DNA of 64,000 nucleotides from Candidatus Omnitrophota bacterium (GTDB lineage Bacteria; Omnitrophota; Gorgyraeia; Gygaellales; Profunditerraquicolaceae): NCBI GenBank assembly GCA_028716245.1, contig JAQUQW010000003.1, positions 84,638 to 148,637 of the forward strand, read 5' to 3'. Shown piece by piece: positions 58,301 to 64,000 of this stretch (position 1 is its first letter; each line of letters starts with the position of its first letter). The notes under the pieces were generated by a model. It saw only the letters and a program-made list of their open reading frames with translations, ran no database searches and was not told where the DNA came from. The position numbers and the translations under genes were made by a program.

Positions 58301-61300
58301 ATCTTCTATTATTTGCTTAAATCTATAATCTTTTTTTATATCTTCCAAACATAACTGCCATGTGTATTGTTTAAAAGATTTATACTTATCTAAAGGCAAT
58401 TCTTTAGGATGAATACCATAAGACAAAGCTTCAAACGCAAAGACATGAAACCTTCCGATTAAACCAAAAGCATCAACAAAATCAACAAATTCCCCCCTTT
58501 GCCTTAGTATTTCCGCTTTCTTTAATAACGTTTGTTTTATCTGCCGATATTTCATAGCATCACTTAAACAACCATATTTCTCATTCTCCTGCGAGCCGCC
58601 CCGAAAGATTTCTTTGTACAGGCTGCCGCCGTCTTTTCCATTCCAACCCTTCTGGCCAGCCATTCGTTCTTTAGGCATCCTGTAAATATGCAATACCAGC
58701 CCGGTGTTTATTCCCTTAATAACCATTTTTTTCAACGATATGGCATCATAAAATTCGGTGCCATCTTGCGTTTTTAAATTTAACCTCTCCCTGGCTGCCC
58801 AAGTAACAATGCTTACTTTACCGTGATTTTCTATGATTATATCCCCTGCTTTGAATCTTATTTTGGCGAAAATTACCTGCTGAGTCAAATCTAAGGAAGG
58901 ACTTTTTGTTTTTTGGGGTTCGTTAACAACCTTTAAAACATTTTCTATGAATATATTGCCAATTTCTTCTATGCTATCTTCAAGATCACAGAGTATCTCC
59001 GGTATTAAATCAACAAAGAGGTCTTTTATCCTGGCGCGGTCTTCCAGAGCCTCCAAGCCACCTCTAAGGTAAACTTTTCTTGCCTCTTCCACTGCTTCCT
59101 TTATATCTGAGTAGAAATCAAGTTCCGGCATCTGCTTTGAAATCAAAGACCAATTCTTCCGGATAAGGTATTTCCCCTCTTTAATTCCCATAATGCCTAA
59201 GTTTAGATACCAGGCAAACTCTTCCCCCCGCTTGATAACCTCCGCGTTATACCTCATAACCGCTTCCACTAAATTAAAATGGATATCTCCCCAGGTAATA
59301 ACCATCCCATCGTCATCCCGGCATAAATGAACCACTTTATCGCCGATTTCAAAAAACACGTTAGCTTTTGTTTCCCCGCCTTCTATTTCAAACAATATCT
59401 TCCTCTTTACGATTCTACCTTCTGCGTTTATTGTGACAGCGGCAATACCTGTATTTTTATTCCCCGCCGTGAATCCTCCGGGCAAAGCGTATTTTTTTAA
59501 AGACTCCTCTCCTTCCAATATCGAAAGATTATGCTTTACAATCTCCGAAGCCGCGCCGCCATCGTTTTGCTGCTTATGGAACTTTTCATTAAACCTTGCT
59601 AAAAATAACGGCCAAACAGCCTGATCAAATTTGCAATATCCTCTGGCACCCGGTATAATTACGCCTAATTCCCCTAATCTTCCGATGGTCCTCAAGGACA
59701 CCCTGAAGACCTCGATCTTCATAATATTTTTTTGTAAAAGATAATCCTCTAGATTTTTCCTCTGGAAACCTTTCTTTTCATATCCCCAAACTTTTATTAT
59801 GTATTCGATTACTTCCCATTCGAGAGAAGAGCCGAACAAATTGCTCAAATACAACTCTAAATCCGGCGGCAATTGGATTACCGTATTTTTAGACGGCTGA
59901 TTATTCCCGCCGTCAGAATCCCCCTTTAGATACCACAGCAAACTCTCAAATAATTGATTATTTTCAAGATGCTTGATTTCTGGTTGCAAACTTAATAATG
60001 TTTTTGATATCGGTTCTTTCTCCGCTACTGTTAACCCATTTATTTCCCTTGCAATGCATTCTATGCCATACTTTCTTAAATAGCATCCTATATAATAACT
60101 CATGAAAACTACGCTGAATTTTTTGTATTTCAAATCATACGCTGCTTCTTCGGTTAAAATTTCACAGGGTTCAACCCATCTCGTAGCATCAAACCAAACA
60201 AATTCATTTATCCTGGCTGCGAAATCTATTTTTTTAGGAATATCCGATAATCCAAAGTCTATAATTACCGGGTCTCCGTTTTTATCCAAAAGAACATTGT
60301 CCGCGGCGATATCACCGTGAATAATTCCTGCTTCGTGCATCTTAAAAACCTCTTCCGCAAATTTAATCCCCATTTCTCTAATCTTCTTATCGCTGATTTT
60401 TTGCCTCAGCCTTGCTTCCAAGGTAATTTCTCCTTTATATTCCATAAATAGATTATTTTTATTTTTGGCCTTACCGAGAAACTCCGGGGAATTAACACCG
60501 GAATAACTAAGCAGATTCATTATTACCATCTCTCTTTCGAGAATAGACTCCGGATCATGGTTATTCTCATCATATTTAGCCACCATCTTTATGTCTTTCC
60601 CTAGAGGAATAACTCTTATATTAAGCACTGTTACTTTCGCGCCCAGGAAATATCTATCGCAAGATATATCCAAATCTCTAATCGTATATTTACCCGCATC
60701 TATCCCTATTTTACCAGCCGCTAACTTAATTGCATCCCAAGGGATATTAAGTTCGACAACCTTAGAATTACCATCCGGCAAAATAAATTTGTATAACATA
60801 AATAGCTCCCAATCACTTGTAACCTGCGGAACATTTCCACTAATAAAGAGGGTTTTCTGTTCATGCCCGCCATCTTTTCTTGCCGCCCCCAATAGTTCAT
60901 TTAATTTTATAATCTTGTCTTTATCCTTATATTCACTCCTGATGAATTCGTTAATCGCATCCTGAGTAAATCCTATGTCTTTTATCTTTATGAGCTCTAA
61001 TACGCAGTGAAGGACGCGGATGTCATTTATATCCTCAATGACCGGCAATTTATCCGCTCGCAAAATTATGTTTAAAGCGATGGTAATTTTATATTGCAGA
61101 TGTTCGATGGGCTTATCAAGCATCCTTTGAAAAATAAATTCGTTATAATTTCTTATCCAGAAAAGGTCGTCAATAATCGTCCTTTTCTCATTATCAGCCA
61201 TATAGATAAAATATAAATTCTTATTCGCTAAAGGATTACCCATCCTTAACCGTAGCTGAGCGCCTGCCCCCTTTATGCGCTCAAGCGAAACAAGAAGCTT

Positions 61301-64000
61301 GGCGGACCTTTTTGCCCCTTCCCCGATAGATTTGATATCTTCTTTGCGTTTTACATCACCCTTAATAGCAGGGTTAAATCCGGAAATCCATTCTTCCGCA
61401 TTTTTGATTGCCCTTTCAGTAGTATCCGTATACGAGTTATATTTGCGGTTAATATTATTTACGCTCCCCAGCCATTTACGCAAATCTTTCATCGCCTGCT
61501 CTGTCTGCTCCCTGGGAGAATACCCTTTGGATCTGAATACTTTCAATTGGAATTGAACCGCCCGCGGCCTTCTTTTATAACGATTATAATTAGGGACAAG
61601 CACAATCCCGCCGTCTTGTTTTTTCTGGCTATCGGTATAAATCTTTTCTATTTCCTTTTGTTCCATCCCGAAATTTTTCATAATTTCAATGAAGCCTTTA
61701 AGATCAAGAGGATAGATTCCTTTAAATAAACAGTGATTCAAAACTTTAAGCGCAAATAAATAATGCGCTTTTTCATAATCGATAAACGCCCTAACCATCC
61801 AAACTTTGCCATTCAGGACTTCACATATAAGCTCTCCTAACTTTTCTCTTATGTGATTATCTTTTATAAAATAACCCTCTCCTATCTTTTTATCCCTTAA
61901 TTCAATTATTTTTAAAGTTATCTCTTTCAGATTATCTATACCTGCCTTTCTTTCCTTTAGATAGAATAAATAACCCGGGTGCAAATAATAAAACCATTTA
62001 TCTCCCGCATAAAAATTCTTCCTAATCATCTCCTGGCTGATTCCCAGGCTATGCAATTCTTTTTGGATACGCCATATTTTAAACGGCAAGGTCATTTCAT
62101 ATTGAATACCTTTCCGGAAATCGTTTAACGGCATTTCCCGCCATTCTTTAAATATAAACTTCGCCGCCAGCGCGCCGAGCGTAAATATAAATAACGATAG
62201 ATTAGCGTGGCTATATAAATAATCTTTAATGAATACAGCGGTTACTACTATTACAAGTGAATCAAACGCCATCCCTACCGTAAATACGTTTTTGTCTTTC
62301 CCGCCGCCATCGTAAAGCGAAAAAACAACCCCTGACGCAACAATATTCTCCTTGCGTTCTTTCATTAATTTTACTACTTCTATCTTAAAATCTTCGCCTA
62401 ACGCGGGATACTTTCGTAACTCTTCTTTAATTATCCTAGTAAACCGTTCCCGGCCGATATGAAGCGCTCTTGCTCCAGGAGCATTCTTATGTCCCGCTTT
62501 TATATATTCTTCTTTTATCTGTGATATTGTTGGTGTATTTTTGCTCTTATGTTCTTCTATTTCTTGCTTAAACTCCCTGGCAATGGCGCGGCGATCCACT
62601 CCTGCCTCTCGGTAAGTGGGCGCCACTTCAAAATTATTCTTCTTCAATATTCCCAGGGCCTCTCCCCTCGAATAGCCGCACTTAACTTGCCTGGCTTTCT
62701 CATTTATACCTGCAAGCTCAAATAGAGTTCCTTCAATATCCTCTATCTCTTTATTAGTATTGAGGTTATAATTAATATTTTTACCTTCGCCTTTTCTTGC
62801 AATTACAAAATTATGCTCAATTAAGTCTCTTAGCTCCATTTTTATTAGTTTATTTCTAAAGACCTCTTCTATCGCATCCTGGTTTATTTTGGCTTCCGCC
62901 ATGCCGCCGTCTTTTTTATTCTCAAGTAAAGAGCGCCCCTTCAAGCTTAATTTAAGGGGGCAACCTGGTTCGTCATCAAAGAAATCGCGTGTTTCTTTGG
63001 CTGTTTTTAAAGCCATCAGTAATTTAAAATTTCCATAAGATCCTAATCTGGCTATAAGGCCGCTTTTTGTCCGTTCTTTCGCGGGGATCCCTTCTTCAGG
63101 GATTTTTCTCAATATTTCAAGTTCTTTTAGGCTAACGGCAGCTTCTTTTTCTATCTTAGGAACTTCGGAAGTTTTTATGGAAGATCCTGTTTTTCTCGGT
63201 TTTTGTGCATCTGCGGCCTTTTTAGGTTTTTTAAGGTGGCTATTTTTAACAGGTACGCAAGTTTCTTTCAATATCTTGCGAGAAATAGGGTTTACGCTAG
63301 TTAGAATTTCCCAAAGTTTATCCCTATCCGTATCAATAAGCTTTTTTAGATGACGCAGATGAAATTTAACATTTCCTTTGGTCGTCTGCGTATATTTAGC
63401 TATATCCGGGTTATTCTTACCTAACCTATCCAGTATAAACACAGAACAGAAATTTAATTTTTGTTGCGAAATCAAAGACTTTAGTTCTTCACATCTATCC
63501 TGAAAGTTTTTAAGGAGCTTATAATATTCTGCTTGAGATTTTACAAACGCTGTCTGCTCAAGCATTACATTTTCATCATCCAGCCACCTGGAAAGCCCCT
63601 TTTCCCAAAGATAATCCGTTGTTATTTTGCCCTCTTTAAGCCGCATGATAAATTCCGTAAATTTTGGGGTGGTATCAAATTTCTCATCCACCAAACCAAG
63701 CTGTCGCGGTACTTTGAGCGTCTCTGATTTCATTTCGCCTATTGCCCTTCCCCGCAATGTTCCAAGCATAACCTCAAGCTGCCTTCTCGTGAAAAAAACT
63801 TTGGGTTCTATTTTTACAAATTCAGCTACTAATTTATCTTTGGCTTGGCCGCCGTCAAGGCGCGCTGAAAAATTACTTATGCCTAAAATTATGTGAAATT
63901 TGCGGTTATCCCTATTAGCTCTTTTCTCAAGCTTATCCATCATTTTTAGGCAATGAGCAAACCCTTTCTCGGTAACCTCAAGTTTCTCCAGTTCTTCCCG
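46337..64000 (-). CDS. Giant multi-module ORF (>=5868 aa; open upstream to the window end, so 5' partial is possible) with a SecA-homologous C-terminus
   Basis: A continuous 17.6-kb ORF runs from the first Met at 63943, and the frame stays open to position 64000 (..[24 protein letters not shown]). It contains 20 K-D-G-G linker motifs, at least two duplicated modules and several TM hairpins. Recognisable domains are listed as separate features. Confidence 0.8.
   Translation of the reverse strand, partial: [5887 protein letters not shown]
46900..48930 (-). other. SecA-like preprotein-translocase ATPase domain at the C-terminus of the giant ORF, with an inserted triple-TM segment
   Basis: [102 protein letters not shown] matches the SecA motor start ([41 protein letters not shown]..L....IAEM.TGEGKTL...LPAYLNAL.GKGVHVVTVNDYLA.RD). 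Further matches are [30 protein letters not shown] and [14 protein letters not shown]..T...S.R.[13 protein letters not shown]. A TM insertion ([42 protein letters not shown]) lies near 48150-48330. Confidence 0.8.
49880..50450 (-). other. HEAT/armadillo-like repeat region in the giant ORF
   Basis: Repeated ~38-aa units include [16 protein letters not shown].., [46 protein letters not shown].. and [30 protein letters not shown]. Confidence 0.45.
53450..54000 (-). other. HExxH zinc-metalloprotease-like module followed by TM helices (M48/M56-like topology) in the giant ORF
   Basis: [20 protein letters not shown] (HEIAH at ~53710) is followed by [43 protein letters not shown]. Confidence 0.45.
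56150..56540 (-). other. Caspase/CHAT-like His-Cys dyad domain in the giant ORF
   Basis: [15 protein letters not shown] (His ~56455) ... ~83 aa ... [15 protein letters not shown] (Cys ~56205). The hydrophobic-strand-H-G and hydrophobic-strand-S/A-C-E/H-x-G pattern matches the caspase-hemoglobinase-fold peptidases. Confidence 0.35.
60130..60700 (-). other. Atypical protein-kinase-like domain (RIO / Kdo-kinase-like) in the giant ORF
   Basis: [11 protein letters not shown] ... [28 protein letters not shown]: catalytic-loop HGD..xxN and the metal-binding DFG are present. Confidence 0.5.

Noticed and set aside
1-64000. CRISPR arrays, tRNA/rRNA genes, IS/transposase or integrase genes
   Set aside because: No evenly spaced direct-repeat arrays, no tRNA-like T-loop/acceptor structures in the few intergenic gaps, and no transposase/integrase-like ORFs were seen. 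The window looks chromosomal rather than mobile.

Overview
All called genes in this 64-kb window lie on the minus strand. The DNA is AT-rich (~40% GC) and looks bacterial, possibly from an uncultivated lineage with giant genes such as Omnitrophota (inference only). The window divides into three regions. (1) 1-13.2 kb is housekeeping and regulation: pstS (partial), an OprP-like porin, an orphan receiver, PhoR/PhoB-like two-component genes, a QueG-like Fe-S protein, mnmG, nrdJ (class II RNR), a LacI-family regulator, a coiled-coil protein and a ROK-family regulator. (2) 13.3-23.6 kb is a carbohydrate-utilisation locus: a TPR protein, two paralogous TIM-barrel glycoside hydrolases, a tandem CBM-like protein, an ABC sugar transporter (SBP plus 2 permeases) and a tandem-PilZ protein. 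Two transcription units carry a shared ~45-nt conserved leader/operator element. (3) 23.6-64 kb is a block of giant genes. An operon of four signal-peptide-bearing giant proteins (1279, 2267, 1493 and 1758 aa) sits behind a TraB/GumN-like gene. The proteins embed domains clearly homologous to central carbon enzymes. The 1279-aa protein has a class-II aldolase C-terminal half plus a GlpX-type FBPase. The 2267-aa protein has a PEP synthase/PPDK module with the catalytic His. The 1493-aa protein has TPI-like, GAPDH-like and PGK-like domains in series. A >5868-aa ORF (17.6 kb) has no stop upstream of its first ATG, so it may extend beyond the window end. Its C-terminal ~1000 aa are a SecA homologue with an inserted TM hairpin. 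The body contains an atypical RIO/Kdo-like kinase domain, a caspase/CHAT-like His-Cys domain, an HExxH zinc-metalloprotease module with TM helices, and HEAT repeats. It also contains 20 recurrences of a K-D-G-G linker motif, each encoded by the same GAYGGCGG DNA octamer. No rRNA, tRNA, CRISPR or transposase genes were recognised. All domain calls rest on motif-level reading of the ORF translations without database searches.
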